Counted from the first letter of the stretch, positions 39,901-50,172 are shown. The stretch is DNA of 64,000 bases from Methanobacteriota archaeon (GCA_020347565.1 CP070732.1:243582-307581), one strand, 5' to 3'. Notes: generated by a model not told the origin, from the sequence alone. Translations and numbers: made by a program.

Positions 39901-41847
39901 TCATGCCTGAGGGAGAACGACACTGAACTCCGCCCCCTGCGAGTGGTCTCCCGGCACACGATCGCCCACGATGAGCCTTCCACCGTACCTGTCCGTCAGC
40001 GTCTTGGCGATTGACAGGCCCAGGCCCGTCCCGGTGAACCTCTTGGACGAGTCGAGGCGCATGTATCTGTCGAACAGGTCCTCCCTCTTGTCCGGCGGAA
40101 TGCCAGGCCCGTGGTCGGATATGCTCACCTTCCACGCGGGCTTGCCGGAGATGTCCGCCTCCTCGATGCGCGCGCTCACCTCGCCTCCCCCACCGTATCT
40201 GACGGCGTTCGAGAGGAGGTTGACGAAGATCTCCTTCGAGAACGCGCCGACCTTGACGTTCCGGGTGCCTTCGCCGAAGTCCCTGGCGACGGCCGCCGCC
40301 TCTCCCTGGCACGAGCTGCACACGTCCCCTATCGCCTCGTCGACTATCGAGCACAGGTCCTTCGTCTCCCGCGCCTCGTCCCGGCTGGTGTAGACCTTCG
40401 AGAACCACCGCACCTTCTCGATGAGCTCGCCGCTCCTGCAGATCTGGACGTGCGCCGTCTTCAAGTTGGCGTCTCCGCTCGACCCCTGGTCGCCGCTCTC
40501 CAACGCCACCTCCATATATCCCCGCGCTGAGCCGATGTAGTTGCCGAGGTCGTGGATGAGGAGGTCGTTGTACAGCTGGAGCAGCGTCCTGACCTTCTCG
40601 GTCTTCATCCTCGCCTCCTCGAGATCGGTGATGTCGTACGCTATCTCCAGGCGGACGTACCGTCCATCGGGCCATTCGATCGCCCTGTCGACGCAGCTGT
40701 AGGTCCTCCCGGTCCTGGTGTTCTCGAACTTCCAACTGTACGGAGGCGCCGGCGTTCCGTTCTCCTTCATCAGCCTGTCGTTCGTGCAGAACGGGCACGG
40801 CGACGTCTGCCCCCGCTGCAGCACCTCGTAACACTTCCTTCCGACGAGGTTCGGGCCGAACAGCTCCTCTAGCTTCCGGTTGACCGCGAGGAGCTCATAC
40901 GTCTCCATGTCTGCGACGTAGACGGCCGATTCCAGAGCACTGAGGATCGTGAATAGCTCGGACCGTCCCTCTTCCAGGCTATCGACCATGTTCATGGCGC
41001 CCTGGTACAGACGGGCCTTGTCGCACGAGACTCCGATGTGGTCTGCCATCGACCGAATCATACGAACGCCCGGGTCCTCCAGTGTGGAACGGTCCCGCGA
41101 TGCGACGGCGACCGCGCCTATGACCTCCTTCCTCGCGATTATGGGCACGCTCGCGACGGACTCGGCGTCCGGGGCGAACGGGTCCACCGGCCCGGTTACC
41201 ACGGTCTCCCCTTCCCGCGCCGCCATGGTGCAGGCATTCTCGAGCGCTTCCCTGACGGCGCCCTGCTCCTCACTGAAGAAGAAATCCTCGTCGCCGCATT
41301 TCAGGTACACCGCCGACTTGAGGCTGAACCGGTCGCGTATGCTGGCGACCGATCTCCGTGCCACTGTCCTTTCGTCGATCGGCTGGTGAGCTATGGCGAG
41401 GTCGGAGACGGCCTCGGCGACGGAGGACTGCCGACGCAGATCCTCGGACACCCTGGCATGTCTCAAGCATATGTGAGTGAACATCTCTGCGAGTCCGTCC
41501 GCAATCTCATACCAATGCGGAGCATCCTCGTCCTCGCATCTTGTCTTCAAGACATCGAATGCCGTGCGCATCCCAAGCGATATGACTGCAAGCGTGTCGG
41601 AGAGTTCGAAGCCCTCCTTCGCACGCCTCCCGGAAATGTCAGTTACGATTCGGTCCAGACGTCGCGAGTCGCCCGACTCCAGCCGATGGATCATCGCGTC
41701 GAGGAGCCCCATCAAATCGGAGCGCATCTCGTCCGGCGGCTCGTCCGAGTATCGCGTGGACGATGCCCTGGTGCGCTCTGCCCATTCGTCGGCGATGTCC
41801 TCCCTGCTCTCTGCAAGGAGCTCCGCTAGTGAAACCACTTCTTGCAT
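39901..41847 (-). CDS. Soluble sensor histidine kinase (N-terminal helical sensor, GAF, PAS, HisKA, HATPase)
   Basis: HDLGN H-box, NLLSNAVRY, DHGPGI, GTGLGL. PAS with GRKCYE...CPFC. Confidence 0.9.
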   Translation of the reverse strand: MQEVVSLAELLAESREDIADEWAERTRASSTRYSDEPPDEMRSDLMGLLDAMIHRLESGDSRRLDRIVTDISGRRAKEGFELSDTLAVISLGMRTAFDVLKTRCEDEDAPHWYEIADGLAEMFTHICLRHARVSEDLRRQSSVAEAVSDLAIAHQPIDERTVARRSVASIRDRFSLKSAVYLKCGDEDFFFSEEQGAVREALENACTMAAREGETVVTGPVDPFAPDAESVASVPIIARKEVIGAVAVASRDRSTLEDPGVRMIRSMADHIGVSCDKARLYQGAMNMVDSLEEGRSELFTILSALESAVYVADMETYELLAVNRKLEELFGPNLVGRKCYEVLQRGQTSPCPFCTNDRLMKENGTPAPPYSWKFENTRTGRTYSCVDRAIEWPDGRYVRLEIAYDITDLEEARMKTEKVRTLLQLYNDLLIHDLGNYIGSARGYMEVALESGDQGSSGDANLKTAHVQICRSGELIEKVRWFSKVYTSRDEARETKDLCSIVDEAIGDVCSSCQGEAAAVARDFGEGTRNVKVGAFSKEIFVNLLSNAVRYGGGGEVSARIEEADISGKPAWKVSISDHGPGIPPDKREDLFDRYMRLDSSKRFTGTGLGLSIAKTLTDRYGGRLIVGDRVPGDHSQGAEFSVVLPQA

Positions 41848-42037
41848 CGTTTCACAGTCTCACTCAAGTCGGTCTCCTCTTGCGAGCCACCCCAAAGGCA
41901 ATCTCGACTCTGGCATCTTATCTGCTTGACTTGTACATAATACATGCGACACCGGCGCCCGGGCGCTTGGCGAGCAGAGCGGTTAATATATATTCTATGC
42001 TCCTCATTCGCCCCAATCATAGGTCGGAGGAAGAGGA

Positions 42038-43174
42038 ATGCCGGAGAAGGTAACAGTATCTCTCATCAAGGCGGATGTCGGCTCAGTCGCGGGACATTCG
42101 AAGCCGCATCCGAAGATGATGGAGACGGCGCGCGCAACGGCAGCCAAGGGCGTCTCGGACGGGTTGATATTGGACTTCTATGTCAGTCGCTGCGGGGACG
42201 ACATGGAGCTGCTTATGACCCACAGGAACGGCGAGAACCACAAGGACGTCCACGAGCTCGCGTGGAACGCGTTCATGAACGCTGCATCGGAGGCGAAGAA
42301 GATGAGGCTCTACGCGGCTGGACAGGACCTTCTCTCGGACGCGTTCTCGGGCAACGTGAGAGGGCAGGGCCCGGGCGCCGCTGAGATGGAGTTCGAGGAG
42401 CGCAAGACGGAGCCGATGCTCGTGTTCATGGCGGACAAGTGCGGCCCATCGGCGTACTCTCTCCCGATATCCAAGATCTACATGGACCCTTTCACGACGA
42501 CCGGCCTGGTCATCGACCCGCGCGCCCATCAGGGGTACGACATCGAGGTGGTGGACGTTGTTGATCACAAGAAGGTCGTCATGAGTTCCCCTGCGGAGAT
42601 GTACGACATACTGGCGCTCATAGGCGACACGACGAGATACGCCGTCAAGCGGGTGACGCACAGAGATATCGGCATCGCGGCGGTGGTCTCGACGGAGAAG
42701 CTGAACATGCTTGCAGGCAAGTACGTCGGCAAGGACGACCCCGTCATGCTGGTCAGGTGCCAGTCGGGACTGCCCGCAGTCGGTGAGGTCCTGCAGCCGT
42801 TCGCGTTCCCGCAGCTCGTCGCGGGCTGGATGAGGGGCTCGCACTACGGTGCATGGTACCCGTGCGGCGTGGACGATTCGGACCCTTCATACCATGACGG
42901 ACCGCCGCGCGTATGCGCCCTCGGCCTGCAGATTAGCAACGGGATGATCCAGGGCCTGGAGGCGCCGGGCGGGCCGGTTGGCGCGCACCAGCCGGTTGAC
43001 TATTTCTCGGGGTCCGAGTGGGATTATGTGCGCAACAAAGCGATGGACATATCCGTCTACATGAGGGGGCACGGGCCGTTCATGCCAGGTATCGTCTCGC
43101 CGGACGACCTGGAGTACACGACGAGGCCGGAGATATTGAAGAAGCTCGAGCCCAGGATGAGCCCGCTCGACTGA
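42038..43174 (+). CDS. fbp: Bifunctional fructose-1,6-bisphosphate aldolase/phosphatase
   Basis: IKADVG, GDD, QDLLSDAFSGNVRG, GKYVGKDDP, GWMRGSH, EYTT. Confidence 0.96.
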   Translation: MPEKVTVSLIKADVGSVAGHSKPHPKMMETARATAAKGVSDGLILDFYVSRCGDDMELLMTHRNGENHKDVHELAWNAFMNAASEAKKMRLYAAGQDLLSDAFSGNVRGQGPGAAEMEFEERKTEPMLVFMADKCGPSAYSLPISKIYMDPFTTTGLVIDPRAHQGYDIEVVDVVDHKKVVMSSPAEMYDILALIGDTTRYAVKRVTHRDIGIAAVVSTEKLNMLAGKYVGKDDPVMLVRCQSGLPAVGEVLQPFAFPQLVAGWMRGSHYGAWYPCGVDDSDPSYHDGPPRVCALGLQISNGMIQGLEAPGGPVGAHQPVDYFSGSEWDYVRNKAMDISVYMRGHGPFMPGIVSPDDLEYTTRPEILKKLEPRMSPLD

Positions 43175-43184
43175 GGTGTCCTGA

Positions 43185-43865
43185 TTGGAGTCGAACGACG
43201 CCGTCATCGCCGTGAACTTCAAGACCTACGCCGAGGCGGTGGGCCCGCGTTCGGTCGCCCTTGCGAAGACATGCGAGGCCGTCGCGAAGGAGACGGGCTT
43301 CACGATCATCGCGGCGCCGCCGTTGCCGGACCTGGCTTCAGTCGCGGCTTCCGTGTCGATACCCGTCTACTCGCAGCACGTCGACGACGTCCGGCAGGGC
43401 AGCACGACAGGACACGTGACGCCGGAGAACGTGGCGGCCAGTGGAGCGTCGGGCACGCTGATCAACCACTCCGAGAGGAGGATGACGATAGCCCACATAG
43501 AGTCGCTCGTGGGAAGGTGCAGGGCGCTCGGGCTGTCGACGATAGTGTGCACCAACAATATCGGGGTCACCAGGGCCTGCGCGGCGTTCCAACCCGACTT
43601 CGTGGCGATCGAGCCGCCCGAGCTCATAGGCGGCGACGTGTCCGTCACAACAGCGAACCCCGGCATTGTCAGCGACTCCGTGGGGGCGGCGAAGGCCGTC
43701 TCGCCGGGCGTGCGCGTCCTTTGCGGGGCTGGCGTTAAGAACGGCGCGGATGTGGAAAAGGCGGTCGAACTCGGAACAGACGGTGTCCTGCTCGCGAGCG
43801 GCGTCGTCAAAGCAACGGACCCGGCGAAGGTGCTTGCAGACCTCGTATCCGGGCTCAGGCGCTGA
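43185..43865 (+). CDS. tpiA: Triosephosphate isomerase, archaeal type
   Basis: VNFKTY, QH, NHSERR, IEPPELIG, GAG, GVLLASG. Confidence 0.96.
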   Translation: MESNDAVIAVNFKTYAEAVGPRSVALAKTCEAVAKETGFTIIAAPPLPDLASVAASVSIPVYSQHVDDVRQGSTTGHVTPENVAASGASGTLINHSERRMTIAHIESLVGRCRALGLSTIVCTNNIGVTRACAAFQPDFVAIEPPELIGGDVSVTTANPGIVSDSVGAAKAVSPGVRVLCGAGVKNGADVEKAVELGTDGVLLASGVVKATDPAKVLADLVSGLRR

Positions 43866-43921
43866 GGGCAGACTGCCTGTAGCCGTACAACAGTTGTCCG
43901 ATCGGCCCCTCGCGACGAGTA

Positions 43922-46084
43922 TTGTCACAAGGTCCGCATCTCATCGTCGCGGCGTCGGTGCTGATGTTGTCAACGCTCGGGCAGGCTATGGCGGCTACGA
44001 GCGCCGACGCTGGCGCCCCTCGACCAATCGTCCTCGGCGAGGGGGCGGTGCCGGAGCTGCTTATCTCGGAGTTCTACGCGAACGCCTTGGCGGAGGACGA
44101 GTACGTGAGGATTCGGTCTGCTGCGACGTGGGATGTGCAGATGTGTGGGTGGCGGCTGACCGACGGCGAGGGCACGTTGGAGTTCGTCAGCGCCGCCGTT
44201 ATCGGCGCCGGCGGGGAGGTTTCGGTGTCGTTCAACTCGTCGTCCTACGTCGCCGCATACGATGTCCTCCCTGACTTCGCCGTCGACGCCTCCTGTCAGA
44301 CAGGCGGGCTGGAGGCCAGCGGCTCGTTCAGGTTGGGGGACTCCGGCGACTCCATATCGCTCGTGGACCCGTCGGGCTCTGAAGTCGACTGCGTCCTGTA
44401 CGGTGACGTGGCGGTCGGCTCCTGCGCGTGGAGCGGAGCGCCGTTGCCCGCCCCAAGGGATGGAGAGGTCTTCAGGCGCATCACCGTCGAAGGCAGGGCC
44501 ATCGACACCGACACCGTGTCGGACTGGCAGCCATTCCGTGAGTTCAGGTACGGGTACACGGACCAGATGCCGCGCGCGTTCGACATAGCGCCCGGAGGCC
44601 TCAGCGCGTTCGTCAGCCCTGACTGCTCCCTCGATGTCGTCCTGGAGAGAGTCGGCTCTGCGAGAAAGGAGGTCGTGTTGTGTTCCTATGAATTCCAGTC
44701 GGCCGAGCTGTGCCTGCTTCTGCTCGACGCAATGGCGAGAGGCGTGTCCGTCAGGGTGCTCGTCGAAGGGAGCCCTGTGGGCGGGATGAGCGACGCTGAG
44801 GTGGCAGCCCTGTCCGTCCTTGAATCGGCGGGAGCGGATGTGCGCGTCGTCGCGGGTACTCTCAGGGAAGGCGTCGCAAGGCATTTCGCAGTGCTGCACT
44901 CGAAATACATGGTGGTGGACTCAGAGGAGGCGCTCGTGCTGTCCGAGAACTTCGTGAGCGACGGCATCCCTATCGACAGGGTCTTTGGGAACAGAGGATG
45001 GGGCGTCGCGGTCAACTCACCAGAGCTGGCATGCTATCTCCGCCGCGTCTTCGATTGCGATTCGAGGAGCACGAGGCCAGACATCGTCAGATGGTCTGAC
45101 GACGAGAGATACGATCCGCTGGCGGACGCACCCGCGGGCGAACCGACGGAGCATCCACGGGGTTGTCTGCCGCCCTTCGTGTCGACATCCGCGTCGAGGG
45201 TGGTCTTGTACATGTCACCAGATGCGAACGTCGTCGCGCCCTTCCTGTGCGCCCTCATGGCCTCTGCACGCGACATCTCCGTCGAGCTCCTGCATGCAGA
45301 TCTGGCCTGGGACACCCGCTGGAGCGTGCGCGACGTCATGAGCCCTCTGCTCTCGACGCTCCTGGAGCGCATGCGCGACGGAGCGTCGTGCAGGCTGTTA
45401 CTCGACTCCTCGTGGTACAACGCTGCGAGGAACGAGGAGGTGACTGCGGCGATGACCGCTGCCGCATACGCCGAAAGCCTCACAGGCTCCTTTCGGCTCA
45501 TCAGCGCTGGCTCTCCCATCTCCGTGCTGCATAACAAGGGCGTCATACTCGACGGCGACGTCGCATTGGTGTCCAGCAACAACTGGGTGTACGCGTCCTT
45601 CGCGAGGAACAGAGAGCTGGCAGCGGTCATCGAGTCGAGCGAGGTCTGCGGCTACTTCGCCGCGGCATTCGACATGGACTGGATTCCGGATACGACGCCT
45701 CCGACGATGGAGCTGAGGCCTGAGTTCGTCGCGTCGCCCGGAGAGCGCGTGCTCCTATCGCCCGACACCTGCCAAGACGACAGGACGATCGCCTGCTACC
45801 GCTGGGACATCGGCATCGACGGCGAGGTCGACGGCCGCGGCCCCCAGATGTCGTATCTCGCTCTCGTGCCAGGGAGTGTCCCGGTCTCGCTGACAGTCGT
45901 GGATGCCTGGGGCAACTCCGCCACCGCGATGGCCGTCATCAGGGTCGTTGGGAACGGGGCCCCCGCCGTGGAGGACGACATCGACTGGACGGATGCGGCA
46001 CGGGCAGCGGCTCCGCTGGCCGTCGGCATAGGGTTTCTGCTCATCAGGATGCTGGGCCCACGTGGATCCGGCCGCCAGGCGTGA
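43922..46084 (+). CDS. Secreted/membrane-anchored phospholipase D-superfamily protein (LTD-like N-domain, two HKD motifs, PKD domain)
   Basis: LLISEFYAN...DEYV, HSKYMVVD, HNKGVILD, NRE, LTVVDAWG, C-terminal TM. Confidence 0.85.
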   Translation: MSQGPHLIVAASVLMLSTLGQAMAATSADAGAPRPIVLGEGAVPELLISEFYANALAEDEYVRIRSAATWDVQMCGWRLTDGEGTLEFVSAAVIGAGGEVSVSFNSSSYVAAYDVLPDFAVDASCQTGGLEASGSFRLGDSGDSISLVDPSGSEVDCVLYGDVAVGSCAWSGAPLPAPRDGEVFRRITVEGRAIDTDTVSDWQPFREFRYGYTDQMPRAFDIAPGGLSAFVSPDCSLDVVLERVGSARKEVVLCSYEFQSAELCLLLLDAMARGVSVRVLVEGSPVGGMSDAEVAALSVLESAGADVRVVAGTLREGVARHFAVLHSKYMVVDSEEALVLSENFVSDGIPIDRVFGNRGWGVAVNSPELACYLRRVFDCDSRSTRPDIVRWSDDERYDPLADAPAGEPTEHPRGCLPPFVSTSASRVVLYMSPDANVVAPFLCALMASARDISVELLHADLAWDTRWSVRDVMSPLLSTLLERMRDGASCRLLLDSSWYNAARNEEVTAAMTAAAYAESLTGSFRLISAGSPISVLHNKGVILDGDVALVSSNNWVYASFARNRELAAVIESSEVCGYFAAAFDMDWIPDTTPPTMELRPEFVASPGERVLLSPDTCQDDRTIACYRWDIGIDGEVDGRGPQMSYLALVPGSVPVSLTVVDAWGNSATAMAVIRVVGNGAPAVEDDIDWTDAARAAAPLAVGIGFLLIRMLGPRGSGRQA

Positions 46085-46124
46085 GCGCGCAACGTTAAAG
46101 AGCGGAGTCCGGGTTCATCCTCCG

Positions 46125-46565
46125 ATGGCGATCCGAGAGTTCACTCCGGCGGACATGCAACCGGTCATGCGAATAGTGAAGGCTTCGCTCGGGGAGACCT
46201 ACCCCCCATCGCTTTACCTCACAATCCATAACATCTGGCCGTCAGGGTTCCTCGTTCTTGAGGTGGAGGGCAGAATCGAGGCGTTCGTCGCCGCGGTGGA
46301 ATCTGAGAAGAACGTCGTGCGCGTGCTGATGCTCGCCGTCACCCCTGAGCACCGGGGCCGCTCGTTCGGGTCGCTGTTGATGAAGGAGCTTCACGCCAGA
46401 TGCATCGCCGCGGCCGCCCACATGGTCAAGCTGGAGGTGCGGAAGAGCAACAGTTCGGCGCTGTCGTTCTACGAGCGCCTGGGCTACTCCGTGGTGGGCG
46501 AGTTGCAGAACTTCTATCTCAACGGCGAGGGCGCCTACGTGATGAGGAAGACGCTTGGCAGCTGA
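46125..46565 (+). CDS. GNAT N-acetyltransferase (RimI/Ard1-like)
   Basis: LAVTPEHRGRSFGS, LEVRKSN, FYERLGY. Confidence 0.9.
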   Translation: MAIREFTPADMQPVMRIVKASLGETYPPSLYLTIHNIWPSGFLVLEVEGRIEAFVAAVESEKNVVRVLMLAVTPEHRGRSFGSLLMKELHARCIAAAAHMVKLEVRKSNSSALSFYERLGYSVVGELQNFYLNGEGAYVMRKTLGS

Positions 46566-46574
46566 TCCCCGCGC

Positions 46575-48101
46575 CTATCTGTAGCCCATCCTGTCGTCGT
46601 TCTGATGGACATTCCAGTAATGGTATGGCGAGCTCTCCCTCTCGCTCGTGGTCATGTCCTTGGAGACGCCGCCCATGTAGCTGCCGTAGCGCTCCCTGAT
46701 CTGCTCCTCCACAGGGCGCGCCCGGCGAATCGCGTCCCTTATGTGTTTCCCCTCGACGTACTTCGCCTCCTCGACTATCGCTATGTCCCCGGCCGCCCGT
46801 ATGAGGCCTCCGAGCTCGCGCAATCTCAATGTCAACGACTTGTCCCGGCTGTCCACCGCCTTGGCGCGCTTCCTGGCTTCGTGGATGATCAGCTCGACGG
46901 CCTCCCTCGTGGCGTGCGGGATCTTCATGTCCATCGCTATCTCCTGGGCGACGAACTGGGCTATCTTCGACCTGTTCTCGCCGGTGTCGGGCATGACCGT
47001 CTCGAGGAGCACCTCGTACCCGCCCCCGTTTATCCTCGACCTCAGCGGCGACAGGATGTGCGACAGGTCCTGGATGTTGCACGCGCCGACGAAGATGAAA
47101 TCGCACGGCACGCTGTCGACGCGCACGCTCGCGCCAGCGCTCTGCGGGTTGCGCCCCGTGATGGGGAACCGCTTCTCCTGCATGCCCGTGAGTATGAACC
47201 TCTGGAGATGGCCGAGGTGTGGCAGCTCGTCGATGAAGAGGACACCCTGGTGGGCGCTGTGGATCGCTCCCGCGACGACCCTGTCGTACGGCTGCGTGCC
47301 CAGCTGCGGGTGCCCTCCGTACGGGTCGTGGCGGACGTCGCCCAGGAGCTCCGTCTCACTCGCGCCCGTGGCCAGGACGAACGGGTTCCTGTCGATCGGC
47401 ACGATCACCTTCCGCGGGCTCATCCTCTCCAGGTTCCGCCTGTCCTCGAGGGCCTTCTGGTCGAGCACCTTGATCATCTCGCCGGCTCGCTCGAAGACGA
47501 CGACCTCCTCCTTGCCGAAACGCTTCCTGGTGGTCGTCACCCTGTCCCGGCCCGCCATGCCCCCCATCGTGACCTCCACGAGGCCACCCAGGAGATCCCC
47601 GAAGGGGTTGTTGGCCATGCCCTTGCCGTAGGTGGCCTTGGTGTGAGAGCACTTGGGGCAGAATGTCTCCTTCGGCGACGAGTACGTGCCGCAGTTGGCG
47701 CACCTGTATCCCAGCCGCTCGGCGACGTTGACTGGCGATTCCTTCGGGTCGATGAACTCCCCCTCCGCGGATCCCTTCGACTCGGCCTCCTTCTCGACCT
47801 CGCCCCCCGACTTCACCTCGATCATCGGCCTCTCGGGGTTTTCCGGGTTGTGCACGACCCTAATCTCCTCCGTGGGCCGGTGGAGATGAAGGGACAGGGC
47901 CTGAGCTATCATCGATTTCCCAGTCCCAGGCGGTCCGACGAGGAGGAAGTGCCTCCTCTGCGCCGCGGCGATACGCGCGAGCCTGACGGCCTCGTCCTGC
48001 CCCACTACCCGCTCGAGCGGGTCGGAGGATATCTTAATCTCCTCCGTCGTCTCGATCGAATCCAGCATCGCGGCGGTCGTCTCTGGTTCTTCTTCCGTCA
48101 T
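46575..48101 (-). CDS. LonB-type AAA+ ATPase without protease domain, with zinc-ribbon insert
   Basis: VVGQDEAV, GPPGTGKS, LLGDVRHDPYG, GAIH, LFIDE, PCDFIFV, LRSRI, LRLRELGGL. Ends without a Lon_C domain. Confidence 0.85.
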   Translation of the reverse strand: MTEEEPETTAAMLDSIETTEEIKISSDPLERVVGQDEAVRLARIAAAQRRHFLLVGPPGTGKSMIAQALSLHLHRPTEEIRVVHNPENPERPMIEVKSGGEVEKEAESKGSAEGEFIDPKESPVNVAERLGYRCANCGTYSSPKETFCPKCSHTKATYGKGMANNPFGDLLGGLVEVTMGGMAGRDRVTTTRKRFGKEEVVVFERAGEMIKVLDQKALEDRRNLERMSPRKVIVPIDRNPFVLATGASETELLGDVRHDPYGGHPQLGTQPYDRVVAGAIHSAHQGVLFIDELPHLGHLQRFILTGMQEKRFPITGRNPQSAGASVRVDSVPCDFIFVGACNIQDLSHILSPLRSRINGGGYEVLLETVMPDTGENRSKIAQFVAQEIAMDMKIPHATREAVELIIHEARKRAKAVDSRDKSLTLRLRELGGLIRAAGDIAIVEEAKYVEGKHIRDAIRRARPVEEQIRERYGSYMGGVSKDMTTSERESSPYHYWNVHQNDDRMGYR

Positions 48102-48114
48102 GGCCTTCCACGGC

Positions 48115-49383
48115 CTATGTCAGGTCGTCCTTCGTGTAGACCTTGATCTTTGTGGGCAGCTTGGCGACGTTGCCCATCTTGACACCTACGACCGTGGAGA
48201 TATCCTTTTCCACGGCCAAATCGAGGACCCGCTGGGTTATGATGCCATCGAGGACCAGCGACTTCACCCCGGCCTCCTCCCTTTTGAGGGTCTCGGCCAG
48301 GCTGGCCACTTGGACCTCCTTCACGGCCTTGCCGCCGCCGTCCAGTAGCTTCGCCTTCGAAGTTGTGCTGAGTTCGGTCAATAGGCCCTTGAGCATGGTC
48401 AGCTCGGGCGAAAGCTTCTTTGAGCCGCCTCGGTCGTCGTGCTTCCCCCGGTCTTGGCGCCGTCTCCCGCGGTCGTCATCGTGTTTGGGCCTGTCTCCCC
48501 TGTGGTTGCCTCCACGTGCCGTCTTCTCGCCATTCTTCAATCCGCCACCGGATAGATTGAACATTTCTGCAAACTGGTCTGCCGGAATCTTGTTCCTCAG
48601 GCACTTGACTATCTGTTTCTGCGTCAGCTCCTCGACCTCCTGTCCGCCAGGGGCCTTCGCTATGAAGTCTATCTCGCCTACCTGCATCAGCTCCCGAACG
48701 ATGAGTTCGCCCCCTCTGTCGCCGTCCACGAAGGCCGTCACGACTTTCTCCTTGGCTAGGTCGACTATCGTCTTCGGTATGTTCGTGCCCTCCGCCGCGA
48801 TGGCGTTCTTAATGCCGTACTTGAGCAAATTGAGCACGTCCGACCTGCCCTCCACCACTATTATGGCGTCGGAGTCGCCTATGTTCGGCCCTGCGGGAAG
48901 CCGTTCCCTACCGTAGTGAACGACCTCCTCCATCTGGAAGGTCTGACGCACTGAATCCGTCAGGTCGACGCCGCTCGTCTTCGAGGTCTTCATGAGCTCG
49001 GCGAGCAGCTGCTTCGCCCTGTCGACGATCTTGTTGCGCTTGGCGACGCGAACGTCCTCGACTTTCTCGATCGATATCCGGGCCTTGCACGGCCCGACTC
49101 TGTCTATCGTCTCAAGCGATGATGCCAGGATCGCCGTCTCCACCTGGTCAAGGCTCGAAGGCACGTATATCGTGCCCTCCGACTTGCCTTTGTTCGAGGA
49201 GACCTCGACCTCTATTCTCCCTATCCTCCCGCTCTTCTGGAGGTCCCTGAGGTCGAGTTCCTCGCCGAGAAGTCCCTCCGTCTGGCCGAATATGGCCCCG
49301 ACTATGTCCGGCTTCTCGACGATGCCGTCCGTGGAGAGCTTCGCTTGTATCAGGTACTTTGTCGTACTTGGGTCTATGTCCAT
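48115..49383 (-). CDS. dnaG: Archaeal DnaG (primase-like exosome subunit)
   Basis: KPDIVGAIFGQTEGLLG, LQKSGRIGRI, VEGRSDV, FVDGDRGG, DGIITQR. Confidence 0.96.
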   Translation of the reverse strand: MDIDPSTTKYLIQAKLSTDGIVEKPDIVGAIFGQTEGLLGEELDLRDLQKSGRIGRIEVEVSSNKGKSEGTIYVPSSLDQVETAILASSLETIDRVGPCKARISIEKVEDVRVAKRNKIVDRAKQLLAELMKTSKTSGVDLTDSVRQTFQMEEVVHYGRERLPAGPNIGDSDAIIVVEGRSDVLNLLKYGIKNAIAAEGTNIPKTIVDLAKEKVVTAFVDGDRGGELIVRELMQVGEIDFIAKAPGGQEVEELTQKQIVKCLRNKIPADQFAEMFNLSGGGLKNGEKTARGGNHRGDRPKHDDDRGRRRQDRGKHDDRGGSKKLSPELTMLKGLLTELSTTSKAKLLDGGGKAVKEVQVASLAETLKREEAGVKSLVLDGIITQRVLDLAVEKDISTVVGVKMGNVAKLPTKIKVYTKDDLT

Positions 49384-49669
49384 TGGTTTCGCCTCTGTTG
49401 TGAAAAACAGCCCTACAACCGCTATCTGGCTGGCTGTCCGTTCGGACCGACTATCGTCACTGCGAGCTGGAAAGCGGTTTCCTGACGAACGTCCCGCACC
49501 GGGTCATGCTGGCCTTCGCCAGCGAGGACCGCTCGCGGATGACATTGATCGTGATGGTGCCTCTACAGGCACATACGCGCTGTTCTTCAGAGAATACTAT
49601 CACGCGCTCTGATAAATAGTTTTGCATCGTGTTGATAAAATTACGCCCGACGAGTGCCAGTACCGCCGA

Positions 49670-49897
49670 CTAGCCGCCCGATACGACGGATATGAGCCTT
49701 ACCTCGCAGTCCTCCTCGAGGGCGTGATCTATAGGCACCGGCTCTCCGTCGATGACGGCTATCCATCCGTCCGGCAGCAGGCCGAGGCTCCTCATCAGTC
49801 CCTCCACCGTCTCCCCTACATCCAGCTCGACGACCTTCGTCTCCCTGCGCGCGGGAAGGAGTTGCGCCACGATCTTCGTCCGCTCACCCGTCTGCAC
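49670..49897 (-). CDS. MoaD/ThiS ubiquitin-like protein (SAMP/sulfur carrier)
   Basis: Small beta-grasp pattern ending ISVVSGG; start approximate. Confidence 0.85.
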   Translation of the reverse strand: MQTGERTKIVAQLLPARRETKVVELDVGETVEGLMRSLGLLPDGWIAVIDGEPVPIDHALEEDCEVRLISVVSGG

Positions 49898-50040
49898 GGA
49901 AGGCGTATCATATAGATGACGCTTTGCCGGCGCGCACGCCCGCGTGCAGACGCGTGCAAACCATTGAAGTCCTGGCAGATGCATCTACGATTGAAAACGC
50001 CATATAGTGGGCCGAACATGCATGGACGCCGGCAAAGACT

Positions 50041-50127
50041 GCCGAGGTAGCTAAGCCCGGTTTAAGGCGGTAGCCTCGAGAGCTACTGGTGCTTGTCACC
50101 ACGGGAGTTCAAATCTCCCCCTCGGCG
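50041..50127 (+). tRNA. tRNA-Ser(CGA), no intron, CCA not encoded
   Basis: Acceptor GCCGAGG/CCTCGGC plus discriminator G; anticodon arm GTAGC-CTCGAGA-GCTAC; long variable arm; T arm GGGAG-TTCAAAT-CTCCC. Confidence 0.96.
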
Positions 50128-50172
50128 CCTGCACCGCAAAGACGGAGGACACATCGGAACTCGGCGAGGGAC

